Shown here one piece after another: positions 1-13,789 of a DNA stretch of 64,000 bases. The DNA lies in assembly GCA_013239625.1 (NCBI GenBank), contig MU054323.1, forward strand, positions 16,124,029 to 16,188,028, read 5' to 3'. The position numbers and the translations under genes were made by a program. How positions within the stretch are numbered: position 1 is the first letter of the stretch; each line of letters begins with the position of its first letter. Below the pieces are notes generated by a model. The model was not told the DNA's origin. It ran no database searches and saw only the letters and a program-made list of their open reading frames with translations. This DNA comes from Lama guanicoe. Lineage: Eukaryota.

Positions 1-950
1 TTTGGATAAATGCATAATGACATGTATCCATCATTATGATATTATATAGAGCATTTTCACTGACCTAAAAATCCTGTGTTCTCATCCCTACTTGCCCTCA
101 CCCCTGATCTTTTCACTGTCTCCATAGTTTTGCTGTTTCTAGAATGTCATATGGTTAGAATCATACAGTATGTAACCCTTTTTTTATACTGGCTTCTTTC
201 ACTTAGTACTATGCATTTAAGATGTCTTTTCATGGCTTGATAGCTCATTCCTTCTTTGTGTTGAATAATATTCCATTAATATTCCATTGTCTGCATGTAC
301 CACAGTTTATTTCTCCATTCACCTACTAAGGACATCTTGTTCCTTTCAAGCTTTGGCAATTATGAATGAAGCTACTATAAATTTCCATATGTAGGTTTCT
401 GTGTGAACGTAAGTTTGTTTTCCTTTGGGTAAATGGCAAAGAGTACAACTACTGAATCATATGAAAAAAGCATATTTAGTTTTGTAAGAAACTACCAAAC
501 TGTCCTCCTAAGTTGGCTATACAATTTTGCATTCCTACCAGCAATCGAAGAAAGTTCCTGTTGCTCTACATCTTACCAGCATTTAGTGTTATTGGTGTTT
601 AGGATTTTGGGTTTCAGGATTTGGGATATTAGGATTCTAACAGATGTGTAGTGGTATATCATTGTTTTAATTTGCACTTCCCTGATCACGTGACGTGGAG
701 CAATATGCTTATCTGCCATCCGTGTAACTTCTTTGGTGAGGTATGTGTTAAGGGCTTCGGCCCACTTTTTAATCAGGTTGTTTCTTTACCATCAAATTTT
801 AAGAGTTCTTTGTATATTTTGGAGAACAATCTTTTATTGGATGTCTCTTTCACATATATTTTCTCGTAGCCCATGGCTTGTCTTCTCATTCTTTTGCAGA
901 GAAGTTTTTAATTATAATGAAGTCCAGTGTTGCCATTTTTTTTCATGGGT
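1..950 (-). mobile_element. Old L1 (L1M-type) 3' region, degenerate
   Basis: Reverse-strand L1 3'UTR and ORF2-end motifs (e.g. cattccTACCAGCAA, ttttaatttgcacttccctgat). Confidence 0.8.
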
Positions 951-1184
951 TGTACATGTGGTGTTGTACATCCAGACCTTTTCTGAATCTCTACTGCTCT
1001 ACCAGTATATAAAAATAATACATTAAATATTCCACCTTTAAAAAATTCTTTACAAATGTAACCAGTTTCAGTGTACTAATGATGTGTTAATATATATCTC
1101 ATTCTCATTCTCATTTAAAAAATGCACAAAACAAAGCAGAGAACAAAGTCTCACTGCCATAATAAAACATCTGTGATTACTGAC

Positions 1185-1308
1185 CAGGGTATCCCTGCTG
1201 GTGTAATGGACCATCCACCCTTCCTTCACCATCGTGCTGCTCTTCCTCTTTGTGTGCTTGATGGATTGGACGACCCTCATTAGTGGAATGTTACTGCTTG
1301 TTGATGGA
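1185..1308 (-). CDS. PRKD3: PRKD3 coding exon (start of PH domain)
   Basis: [42 protein letters not shown], 124 nt; TAG| acceptor, |GTCAGT donor. Confidence 0.96.
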
Positions 1309-2688
1309 CTAAAAAATATTTAAAATTTATGCAAATATTTATAATTTCAATAAAAAAGTCATAAATATTGTAAGCTGCTCAAGCCTTTTGAAAGATAATT
1401 AGGCTAACATTCTTTAAAATATCTTAGGAAGACAAACAATTCTTCTTCTTAAGAAGAAAATAAATTAATCCTGTTATGAAGATACATAGTTAATTTATAA
1501 AAGGCCAAGATTCTATTGTTAGTCATCATCACTTGTCATCAATATTTTCTGGAGGGTCACAAGATATAAGAAAACAACGAAGAGAGCAGCAAGAATCCTC
1601 CCCAAATGGAAAATCTGGAGCCTGGGAGAGGGTCTCATTTGGGACTTCTGCTGAGGAATCTCCTGCCCTAGGCAGCAAGATAAATTAGTAAATTCATAAC
1701 GAGGCAAAAAGCAAGCATATCTATACCTCAATTCACACGGTTCAAATGTCAAACTCTACTATTCATGTTGTTAGTAAAAAGTACTTATAGTAGAAGATAC
1801 TGAAAGAGAAATCATTTACGGATATTGATTAAGAAAACAAAAACAACAAATAATTTGGGGGATGTGTGTGAAAAACACACTGTTTTTCAATTTGAATCTC
1901 AAATAGTTAAATACTTTCTCTTAAATTATAAAGTACCTATGACTGGGAAACTAGCTAAATTCTCTTAATAGTCTCCAAATTGGGTAAACTTTGAGTTTTA
2001 GTTTAAAATGACGATGATAATAGTAGCTGTAGTTTAATGATAAGACAAATGGAATAAAGACGATTCAGTCATGTGAGACTGATATGTGATCTACTTTCTC
2101 TAAATGCCTCTTTGTTGCCAATGAAAAACAAAACCTGCTAAAATGTCAACATTTTATCACAAAGTAGTACATCCTACATAGGCTGTATCTACAAAATACT
2201 GAATTTCTATAAACACAGGAGGATACATGAAAGTTTTATAGTCCAATAGCATTTTTACAAAGTACAAATAAGTCAGATTAATTGTGGTAATATGAAAACT
2301 GTCCCCAGATTCGCCACTATCATCTTTGTGCAACATTCTCAGGTACAGATTCTTACTGGTATTTCTAACATCAGGTAATCTGCTTGTGTGAAGAAACAGG
2401 AAGCTTTAAGTAGTGGCTCCATTCTGGGAGTTTGTGGTGGCTGTTCCACAGCTAGACACAGGCTATAAAGGACCTTCTCTTTAAGAAAAAAGGATTCTCA
2501 AATCTTCCCATCTTGAGTAGATGGCAAGAGTGATATATTTCAGAAAAATACTGTGGTGCATGTAAAAGAATTAGCCACCGTTTAATTAGATTTTAGGTTC
2601 CATTTAAAGAAATGTGGTTTGCTCTTTATTAACAGATCTCCTGGACTGAACTTGCATTTTGAAGTAGCTTGCAATACATATGCATTAC

Positions 2689-2872
2689 CTGATTGTTTTA
2701 ATAGCTTCTTCATCTCTTTCCACATCAAGATCAGATGGATCCAAGAAGAACATTTTATCTTCTGGGGGAGACGGTTCTTCTGTGTCATCCAAGCCCCGAC
2801 TACCATCACTGTTCATGTCACTACTGTCAATATCCATTGGTATATCTGTATCTGTTCCCAGACTGGAAGGTT
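2689..2872 (-). CDS. PRKD3: PRKD3 coding exon (acidic linker)
   Basis: EPSSLGTDTDIPMDIDSSDMNSDGSRGLDDTEEPSPPEDKMFFLDPSDLDVERDEEAIKTI, 184 nt; CAG| acceptor, |GTAATG donor. Confidence 0.96.
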
Positions 2873-2959
2873 CTGGCAAAGTTTTAAATGAATTCAGAAT
2901 TTTATATTAATGGGATATCAATACACCTAAACAGAAACAGTATATTAAATGTGAGGAAA

Positions 2960-5130
2960 AAAAAGTTTTAAAATTCTTAAAAATGAAAATATAGAAAAAC
3001 ATCTTTATGATTCAGGATAAGAAAATATTTCTTAGGATGATATGAAATGCACAAACCATAAGGCAGAAAATTAATTTGATTACATTAGAGTTTCAAATTT
3101 TGATATGACAAAAGATACTAGAAGCAAAGTAAAAGATAAGCCACCACTATTATACATCTGGTCAACTGATTTTCCACAGGGTCTGAGAAAATATAATGAA
3201 GGAAGAATAAATAATCTGTTGAATAAATGGTGCTAGGACAACTGGATATCCACATGCAAAAAAATAAAACTGGATGTCTTCCTTAAACTAAAAAGTTTAC
3301 TTAAAGTGGGTCACAGACCTAAATGTAAGAGCTTAATCTATACTGAAACATGGATGGACTTGGAGATTGTAATTCTAAGTGAAGTAAGCCAGAAAGAGAA
3401 ATACCATATGATATCACCTATATGTAGAATTTTAAAAAATGACAAAAAGAGCTTATTTACAGAACAGAAACAAACTCACAGACATAGAAAACAAACTTAT
3501 GATTACCAGTGGGGGTAAAGGGGGTGGGAAGGGATAAATTAAGAGTTTGAGATTTGCAGATACTACTATACATAAAATTCTACTGGATAGCAAGGGGAGC
3601 TTTATTCGTTATCTTGTAGTAGCCTATAATGAAAAAGAACATGAAAAGGAATATATGTATGCATATGTATGACTGAAACATTATGCTATAAATCAGAAAT
3701 TGATACAACATTGTAAACTGACTTTACTTCAATTAAAAAAAAAAGGAAAGAAAAAGAGCTTAATCTATTAAACTCTCAGAAGAAAACATAAAAGTAAAGC
3801 TTTGTGACCTTGGGTTAGGCAAAGCCTTCTTAGATACCCCACCAAAAATATATGACAAAAGAAAAAAATTAATTGGACTCCATCAAAATTAAAAACTTCT
3901 GTGCCACAAATGATACTCTGAAGAAAGTGAAGACAGTCCACAAAATGGGAGAAAGTATCTGCAAATCATATATCAAACAAGGGACTTATATCCAGAATAT
4001 TTAAAGAACTGCTACAACTCAATAATAAAAGGATAAATAACCTAGTTAAATGGGCAAAGGACCAGAACAGAAATTTCTCCAAAGCAGATGTAAAAATGGC
4101 CAATAGGTACATAAAAAGATGTGTAATATCAATTAGCCATCGGAAATGCAAATCAAAACCACAATGAGACATAACTTTACATTCACTAGGATTCCAATCA
4201 TAATCATAATGACAGACAATAACAAGTGGCGGCAAAGATAAGAAATTAGAGTCCTCACACACTGCTGGTGGGAATGTAAAATGGTACAGCTGCTTTGAAA
4301 AACAGTTAAGCAGTCCTCAGAATGTTAAACACAGAGTTACCACATGACTTAGTGATTCCACTACCAGCTAGCTACCCAAGTGAAATGAAAACATGCTCAC
4401 AGAAACTGCACTCAATTGTTCATAGCAGCATTGTTCATAATAACCCCAAAGTGGATAAAACTCAAATATCCACTGACTGGTGAATGGATAAGTGTGGTAT
4501 ATTCACGTAGAGGAATATTATTTGTCAATATAAAAGAATTAAGTACTGATACATGTTACAACATGGATGAATGCTGAAAACATTATGCTAAGGGAAAGAA
4601 ATTTATAACAAATGACTACACATTGTATGATTTCATTTATATGAAATGTCTAGAATAGACAAAAACATAGAGACAAAATAACACAGACATAGAGATAAAA
4701 GCTGATTTAGTGGTTGCCAGGGGCTAATGGGAAAGAGTAAATGGTGAGTGACTAATACTGAGTTTTTTGGGGTGATGAAAATGTTCTAACATTAGATTGT
4801 AGTGATGGCTGCATAACTCTGTGAGTAAACTAAATGTGTAAATTGTAAGGTATACAAATTATATCTCAATAAAGCTGCTTAAGAATGATATGTCACAACC
4901 AAGAGAAGGTATTTGTATCACATAAAACTGACAAAGACTTAGCAGAACTACTGACAACTCCTGCAAATTGATAACAGAGAAAAATGGACAAAACATGTAA
5001 ATAGGCAATATATAGGCGGAAAAAATGCTAAATAATCAGTTAACAGTTGAAGGATGCTCAAACTCATTAACATACAGATTAAATTAAAATAAACAGTATT
5101 TCATATCCATTTGTCAAAAGGTAGAAAAGT
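2960..5130 (+). mobile_element. Nested L1 cluster: L1ME-like fragment interrupted by an L1MB-like element (~3147-4885)
   Basis: Degenerate ORF2 C-terminal motifs; 3' end tatatctcaataaagctg at ~4860-4880; the outer element resumes at ~4895. Confidence 0.8.
3342..3753 (+). mobile_element. Young 5'-truncated L1 3' end with perfect 15-bp TSD
   Basis: TWMDLEIVILSEVSQ ORF2 end, tail CATTGTAAACTGACTTTACTTCAATT(A)n; TSD AAGAGCTTAATCTAT at 3327-3341 and 3754-3768. Confidence 0.9.
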
Positions 5131-6031
5131 ACAAAAATACACGAACTATATAAATCTAGAAAAGGCTTTAGTCATATAGAAAAACTGCATTCGAAGTAAC
5201 TGAAATGAGAAAACTAGACATGCTTTGTCAATTGTGTTACACAGCAACTACAGAAAACATGCCATAAGAGAAAATGTCAAACTCTTAAGGACTTTAATTT
5301 TCATTCTTGATGCATTTCCTCCTATAAAACTACTTACATTCAATTTTTACTAGTCACATAAATGTTAAAGAAAAATTATGCTGAAAGTTTAAACTCATTA
5401 CTATTTACTTCTAAAAAAGGTAATCACTGTGATTAATATAATCTTGAAAAGAAAAAAATAGGCAAAAAAGAGAAAATGTTTAATGATTATTCGATGGAGA
5501 AAGAAAAAGTGAGATAGTACAACAGTTCTAAAGGTTAATACGGACTAAGAAGCCAGAACTTACAGACTGGAATCCCAACTCTACCTCTTATTGGTTGTAC
5601 TTCCTGAGCAATTCATTTAATGTTTTTGTGCTTAAGTTTATTCACCTGTAAGTCCTTACTTCAAACGGTCCTTCTTAGGTTTAAACGTCAATATGTAAAG
5701 AGTTTAGAACAGTGCCTGGCTGTAGTCAATAATTATTAGAACTATGAAATAGTTCTAGGGACAACAGCAGGGTTTTAAAATACGTTTTGTTATGGCTAAA
5801 GATAAAAGAAGCTATGGAGCACGACTGGCCATATAAGACTACAGTGGTAGGTTGTTAAGGGGAAGACAAGAAGGCATAATTAATAAAAGCGTACCATTCC
5901 TGATCTCTGAAAAAAGGCCAGAGTTAAGAAAGTAAATAAAATATGCAAATATAACCTTATACAAAGACAATATACAAAAAAACCTGTGATCTTTTCCAAT
6001 CTTTTATGGAAATTAAGAAAAAGACTTTTAC

Positions 6032-6109
6032 CTCCATTGAAAGTAACCTCTCCAAGGCAGTCTCTCGGTACTTTTGATGCACAACGTTTATGGCAGTTGA
6101 ATCTACAAT
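6032..6109 (-). CDS. PRKD3: PRKD3 coding exon (C1b end)
   Basis: [26 protein letters not shown], 78 nt; TAG| acceptor, |GTAAAA donor. Confidence 0.96.
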
Positions 6110-6726
6110 CTAAAATAAAATAGTCAGCTTATTAATTTATGTAAAAAAGTCATGCAGTAACAAATATGGTTAAAGACTTTCTTTACTCACACAGAGTATT
6201 CTTAATAATGATGATGAAATAATTAAGTTTTCCTTTACTGAGAACCCAGGTATTAGATTAAGGGTCTGATTTCAAACTCTGACACCACTTCTTAATAGTT
6301 GTTTAAGCCATCAGGGCTCAGTTTCTTTATCTGTAAAATGACATTTTACACTATTTGTATAACGCTTTGCCAAAATGTTGCTGGCAGCATCATGTTTCCT
6401 TTCTTTACCTCACATTCTTCTTTCCACATCCTCCTTAAGAGTTTCTCAGGCTGATTAAATTCTTTTCCAACATATGTCAGGCACTTACTTTCAATTCCTA
6501 GTTAATAGGACCTGGTGCATAAGCAGAAACGAGACTGCAATTCTACAACAATTTATTAGGAATTATGGGCTTTCCCATACAACCTTGTAAGGAAGGACTG
6601 AGCTTCCCATGCACAAGGTCTCTCACTGGCAGTACATAATTGTTCTTCAGCCTGCAAGAACCTCAGAGGTGATAGCACTGCAGATCTATCAGTCAGGTCC
6701 AAGCTGCTCAGTACATCTGTATAACT

Positions 6727-6905
6727 TAGTGGTTCTCAAACTGTGGTCACCAACCAGCAGCTTCAGCATCACTAGAGAACTTGATAGAAATGCACATTCT
6801 TGGGCCCTACTCCTGACCACTACGTTGGCAGCTCTGGGAGAGGAGCTGGGAAATGTGTGCTTTAATATCTTCTTTAGGTAACACTAAAATTGAGACCCAC
6901 TGCTG
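6727..6905. mobile_element. MER5A-like hAT MITE
   Basis: tagtggttctcaaactgtggtc...cagcatcactagagaacttgatagaaatgca...cccactgct. Confidence 0.7.
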
Positions 6906-9166
6906 TAACTACTGTCTAAACACTACCTTTGAAATACTTCTACCAGCAATAACTAGGTAAAAATCATTTCATGTCTTGACTTAGAGTAATTTTGTAACCC
7001 TTGTGATTCAAGAAAATTCTGGGTACCGTGCCAAAAGCACAGGGTAAAAGGTCATTATTAGAAAAGCTCCAAGAAATTAATAATTTGGTGGATGATAAAA
7101 CTTGCATTATACAATAATGTCTTTTAAAATAAGAGGACCTAGGAAAAGTCATATACAGTATTAATATCTTGCATACATTAAATCATTAATTTGTTCTTTA
7201 TCTCTCATGAGGCTTGCAAATTGTGAAAATAACAAGGTTTCCATTTTCCCTTTCAAATGTAGAACCAAATCTGTGGCCCACCTGTAGCAAGTATGTAGGT
7301 TCTAATTACAGGCATTTCTACCCCTCTGTATTCCTACCCACATTTTAATTAATTTATAAATTATTTCTTATATTTTATATATGCTTATATAAGCAGACTT
7401 GAAATTTTAATGTAACAAAGTAGAAAATAAACAGATGAATGAATGAATAGATGTTCTTAGAAATGTATATTTTCTCAAATGATTCAGCGTAACTGTTTTA
7501 TCTTAACTATTTCTTTTTTTCCATAGATTGACAACTGAATGAAAATGACTATTCTGCTTTTTAAATACCTTAATTCATATTATAAAAATACAGGAATCAC
7601 TGAAGTAAATTACAATTATTTTGATGGATAACTAAAACAGCTTAGCTGTATAGAAGTATAACCTGCTTCTTTCTGAACCAATATAAGCATAAAACATTAT
7701 TCTTTCAGAACTCTAAGAAGTTAAACTAATAAAAGAGTGGCAGAGTTAACTGGTTTTATTTCAAAATTAATTAATCTACATATTTATTTTAGTTTCTGTA
7801 TAAAATACTGTACTTCTCTGCACATGGTTTTAGAATGCTTCCATTCTGCTCAGTAGAACAGCACCAGTTACTACCTTGACTAAGATTATCTGTTGGCTAG
7901 AATTCGTACATCTGTTCTTAATGTTCTTTCCCAAAACATTCCTTAGTGGTTGCTTGCCAATACACTTTAGTGTTGGTATTTAAAAGTATTAACTTATATA
8001 TTAACTCATATTCAAAAGTAAGCTGTTGAAATAAAATTTCAACATTTCATTAAACCTGTGTGATGGTTATTAAATGCCTGGCAACAAATGTACAACCTGT
8101 TCTCTATTTGATGGTCTCCTGTGTAGCCATATAACGCCAAGAAAAGTTTTCTTATATGCTCAAGTTAAATCTACATGTAATTACTTGGCTTAATATTGTT
8201 AGCAGGATTTATTGTTGCAAAGATCTCAACTCTAATGTTTTACCTAGATAATAGGTAATTCAATTCCATAAATAGTTCTATATAAAAAAAAATAGTTCTA
8301 TATAAAAAGTATGGTATTAAGAACTGTTAAAGTAATCAGATGAAAAATAAGTACATAATATTACAGACAGATTACTTATACCCTATCCTGGCTCAAAGCC
8401 TAATAACACATTTAAACTCTCTGCTTTGGTTTTCACATAATTGTGCATTACTGTTGAGAAGCTATGAGACAAAAAGATAAAATCATCTTTAAAAAGCATT
8501 AAAACATTATATAACTATAGGAAAAACTCCATTAGTCTATTAAAAAACCTAGTTCATTACGAGATGTTTTTAGAATACTATGATAGTGTTCTGGGTTAGC
8601 ATCCAAATATGGATGGTCCTTGTAATTCCCCATAGTGACCCACTATAATTCCAGTACCTTCTAATATATTCTGTCTATTTCAGTGTAACTATTATCTGAA
8701 ATGACAATTTTTGTATAGCTCTGATAGTTACATAATTAAAAACAAAAACAAAAAACTCTTGGAATACATGTGCGTGTATGAATATTTAACAGAAACAGGA
8801 AAGTATTATTTTGTATTTTTGGTAGTGTCTAGCTCTGGCATCAAAAGGACTTAAGCTCAGATATCAGCTTACTTGCTAACTAACCATTCCATACTGCCAA
8901 GTGTTAAGCAGCCACACCTACAGATCCAAATTCTAGTTTTTCCTTTTACATTCTAATTTTTGTTTAGCATAGTTCCTGGTACACAATACACGTTGTGGAT
9001 AGTAGTCGTTATTAACAAACACCTGTGTATGTATATTTTTTCTTTTCTAAGTTAACAACTATGAGACCAATTTATTTGCTTAATGCTTCTGAAATAAAAA
9101 TATTTTAAACCTACATTGGCTAACAAAAAGATATCAATTTTACTTAAGAAAAACATCCAATCCTAC

Positions 9167-9356
9167 CTTTACACTGCATTCCTTGGCGAAAGAGGCCTTT
9201 CAGTAACCGCTTGCAGTACTGACATATTGTGGGGCGCGTGTAAGAGTGAACAGCAAACGTGTGTGGAACTTTTACCCTGCACATTACCATCTTTTCCATC
9301 CAGATCGGGCGACCACTCCAAGAAGGAATTCTCTTACTAGGTTCTTGAACATGTGA
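9167..9356 (-). CDS. PRKD3: PRKD3 coding exon (C1b start)
   Basis: [63 protein letters not shown], 190 nt; TAG| acceptor, |GTAGGA donor. Confidence 0.96.
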
Positions 9357-11441
9357 CTAAAACATAAGTAATTTCCAGAAGTGTAAGTCAGTATTAAAAA
9401 GAAAGTATTAAGAGCAATACTTGACCACAAAAGTCATTTATTTCAAACACTAAAGCCAAAAATCTAAAAATGTGGATCTCAGCAGTTTCTTTTGGAAGCT
9501 GAATTTCCCAGCCCTTGAATGAGAAAAAAGTGCAGAATTTTTTGCTATTGTGTTAAAAAAAAAAAAAGATTTTCATCCTCACATACATATATTCACTGAT
9601 TAACTATTATTTGCCAGGCACAGACAGCATTTTGCAAATAAAAAACAAAAACCTTAAAATGAATTTATGACACTTTCAAATCCCTTCAAAAACCTTACCA
9701 AGAAATTAATCACAGGAAAAGTAAATTCAGAAAGTGTTACTGCTGCTCATGCTGAACATAACGTCTGAAAATATTTCAAAACAAGTCTTAGTTTTTCAAA
9801 TTTATTTTAACAAATACTAAAGTATGTATGTAAAAATCTAAGTTTAATTAATGATGATGATATAAATGATGAAATGATGGCAGATAAAAAACTATAACAA
9901 TTTTACCCTTAGTAATTATGCTTTAAGAAGTTCCTTGATATTTTAAGTATTTTCTAATCATTTGGGTTTTTTCACTCAGGTGAGCAAAAACGAAAATTAA
10001 AGAAAGTGTTAGTTAAAATTTTTTATGTAATCTGAGGGATAAGTGGATTTTTAAACTATGGACCTTTCTATGTATACAAAGGAAATAACCAAATTAGATT
10101 ACAGTCAGATCAAGGTGGCTCATCCCATTCATTCAACATTCACTGATTACTGTAGGCCAGGCCCTATACTATATATCGGGGATACAAAAATGAATACAGT
10201 TCATGTCAAGAACAAAATTCAAATACCTACCTACCATCTAGATGTATTACAGATTTTGTTGTAGCTGCCTGCACCTTTACTGTCAGAACTGCCTCCTATA
10301 ACCAGTAATGACTGTTAACTCAGAGTTGAAGCATGCTACATTGGCATATTCAACCAATGGAAGCAAAGAAAGCAGGAGAAACCAAGAGACAAAGAAGTAT
10401 ACAGGAGAAATGTAGGGAGGAGAAAATAAAAGGCCTTTTTGAAGAATAGCCATCGTTCAATTCTGGTTTCTCTAATCTCAGTGGTCCCATTTCAAACAAA
10501 TTCAGTGAACAGTCTATCTTCTGCTCTTCCATGTCTGTACTTGATTCCCTTTAAACTGACTTCAGACACTAACAGAAACTACCTTCTTACATGTAGACAA
10601 TGACAACCTCAGAGTTAGATTCAAAGGCTTCTATTCCCAACTGGCCTTTTCTTATTTCAGCAGTCAATGAAGTTTAATATCTTGACTCCTCAGAAACTTT
10701 CCCTCCTTACTCCTTATCTATGAAATCAGGATAACAGCTGTATGTTCCAGGACTGTGGTGAGGATTAGTCAGGCATCCAGGATGAAGACTGGCAAGTGAG
10801 AACTTATGAGTTTTTCCCCAAACTTGGTTCAGATTTGAGGGTGCTCCCACCTCCTCACTGCTGTCTCCTCCATTCCTTTAAAGTGTCCTCTTTTCCCATT
10901 CTTCTTTCCCTCTGATTTCCCTTCATGAGCTCTTAGCACGTCTCTAACTACACATTCATTTTTGAGATTTCATGCTTTGACTGACAAAAGTAATCTTGAG
11001 ATATCCCACTCTACAATTTCTGCTTTTCTAAAATACTCTGCACAACATAACCAATTCAAACATGCCACTAGACTTCTTATACTTTCCTAAAGAATTTGCA
11101 TCTTCAGGATAAAATAAAAATGAATGAATTAAAACTCAATACTTTACTCATCTGCTCTGTCCTGCTAGTTCCTAATCTTGTAATAGTGGGTGTGGCGGAC
11201 ACATGGATAATACTTGTGGGATTCTCAAAACAACATGTCTTATCCTTTAGTTCCCAATCCCAGCTAAGTTTCCAGTGCAGTTTATGTATAAAATGCATTA
11301 ACTTTTCTATTACCAATCTTTTCCCAAGCTCTTACATATGTATATAATAACTCTTTGCTCTCAGTTTCTAATGCCATAGCACTCTTCTTCTATTTTTAAA
11401 ATCTCATAGTATGGCTAAGCAATATGGAAATACAGGATTTT

Positions 11442-11588
11442 CATTTATTTAATTTACTTTTAATTTTTTAGAATAAGACTGATTGATTGATGAATAATTC
11501 ATTGGTTTATTTAATGGAGGTACTGGGGATTGAACCCAGGACCTTGTGCATGCTAAGCATGTATGCGTCCCTGAGCTATACCCACCCC
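11442..11588 (-). mobile_element. tRNA-Ala-derived SINE (camelid Vic-1-like)
   Basis: Reverse complement GGGGTGGGTATAGCTCAG...CTTAGCATGCACAAGGTCCTGGGTTCAATCCCCAGTACCTCC plus AT-rich tail; perfect 18-bp TSD ATGGAAATACAGGATTTT at 11424-11441 and 11589-11606. Confidence 0.88.
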
Positions 11589-12670
11589 ATGGAAATACAG
11601 GATTTTTGTGAAAGAATTTCAGAAGCTCCTTACTCTGGTGCTTCAGTTTAGCAAAATCTTGTGACAAGGGTGTCAAGACAACAGTCCAAATGTTTGATTT
11701 TGCTATTAATATACAAAAGACCAAAGGGGTTACAGAAATAACTAAATGTCAAGACTGCAATCTATGGATGGAAGTCATTTAAAGTAGTACCAAATGAGTA
11801 AGGTAATTATTTCTTTGCTCTCTATCTACTACATTTATCTTTGTGGGGTACAATATTATTAGGAAAGGTCACTGATTTAAAAATAATCAGATCTGGGTTC
11901 AATTCTAATACTGCTTACTAATTTGCTATGTCACTTCAGTCAAGTCACTTGACCATTCTGAGTCCCAACTGTCTGATGGTATACAGATCTACTAATCCAT
12001 CTCACTGGAATACTGTTAAGGATCAAGGGGTCATTCAAATGCTCATTCATCACTGAGCACCTACTAAAGAACAAGGTATGATGCTGGGTATGGTGGGGCA
12101 AACAAAGACATGAGCATTGTCCTCTCTAAACAGACTGTGAACTCTTTGAGGACAATCTAGTACATAAACACTATCATACTAAGTAGAATGCCACACATAC
12201 CATTAGGGAGGTCTGAAAAGTGATAGGCATTCAGAAAAATAACTTCTAGGTAAGAGGAAAATCAGGTAAGATAGCTGTTGAGCTAGGTCTGGGAAAAGTA
12301 CGTATGAGGAATACTAACAAGAGCAAACATAGGAGAGAGAGGGCGTGTTCAGGGAATGATGAACAGCACAGATTGTAAGGGTTTCCTAGTGGGGAGCGAT
12401 ATAATCACAGTTGTACACTAAGCTATAGTAAAGTATGGAGCCCAGGAGTCAGGATACTGGCTAGGAGACCGATCTTGTGGTCCAAGTGATGACGTGATCC
12501 CAAAGTATACAGAATGCAGTCCGTTACTATTGGTAAGCCCTGTCTGCAGTAATACATTTTAAGTTTCTTAAGTGTAGGAATGTTACTATTCTTTAGTACA
12601 CAACTTAGGTTTTAGGATAATGTCATATACCCTGCAAAAACATAGTAAGTAGTAAAACGCCTTTCTACTA

Positions 12671-12862
<192 letters not shown>

Positions 12863-13046
12863 TTAAAAAATAAAAAATACAAAATACACTGATTAAAAAC
12901 TTAACTATGTAAATGTGTACATGAAAAATAGGTTCTTCTTTTATTTTCTCTGGCAGCAACAGTTATCCTATTGAAGAACCCAAAAGACAAGCTAAGAATA
13001 GCAAACGTGTAGAAAGGTTTATTTAGAAAGGTTAAGTTAGCTAGAG

Positions 13047-13478
13047 CAGTGGTTCTTGAAGTGTGCTCTCCAGGGCAACACCTGAGAATTTTTTTAGAAA
13101 TCTAAACTACTGGGTTCTACCCTAGACCTACTGAACCAGAAACTCTGGGCATGGGACCTAGAAAAGTATGTTCCAACAAGTTCTCAAGGTGATTCTGATA
13201 TACAGTGAAGTCTGGGAACCACTGTCTTAAAGAACTTCAGCAAACTGCAGATTGTGTTCAAAATTCCTCCTATGACACGTGCAAATTATATGAAATTCAA
13301 ATTTCAGTGTTCATAAATAATTTTATTAGAACACAGCATGCTCATTTGTTTACAACTTGTCTATGTCTATTTTCATGCTACAACAGCAGTTAAGTTGCTA
13401 TAACAGAGACCACATGGCCAGCAAAACTTAAACTATGTACTACTCTCTGGCCCTTTACAGAAAAAGTTTATTGACCTT
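13047..13478. mobile_element. MER5A-like MITE followed by a MER58-like hAT fragment
   Basis: cagtggttcttgaagtgtg...gggaaccactg; then ttttattagaacacagc...tggccctttacagaaaaagttt. Confidence 0.7.
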
Positions 13479-13657
13479 AGAGAACTAATTAGAAATGTGC
13501 ACCTGCATCCGACCCCCTGGCAATTCTAATTCAAAACAACCAGATCACTCCAATTCTAAACCTAGTCACTGAACAATGATCTTATTCTTTCACTGACAAT
13601 TAGAGAATGTAAATGTGAAATCCTATTTCAAATGATAGAAAACTTAGAAACACATAC

Positions 13658-13789
13658 CTTCACATTTCAGTCCCTGACGTACCAATCCCCAGAGCATCTC
13701 ACCACAGTAATCACAAAAAGTAGGAGCTTTGTAAGAATGTACATAGAGAGTATGTGGACGAATCTGGAAGTCTTCTACTGTGGCCAAAG
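13658..13789 (-). CDS. PRKD3: PRKD3 coding exon (C1a start)
   Basis: [44 protein letters not shown], 132 nt; AAG| acceptor, |GTATGT donor. Confidence 0.97.

Noticed and set aside
11515..11588. Functional tRNA-Ala gene
   Set aside because: Degenerate D-arm/A box, AT-rich tail and 18-bp TSD indicate a SINE
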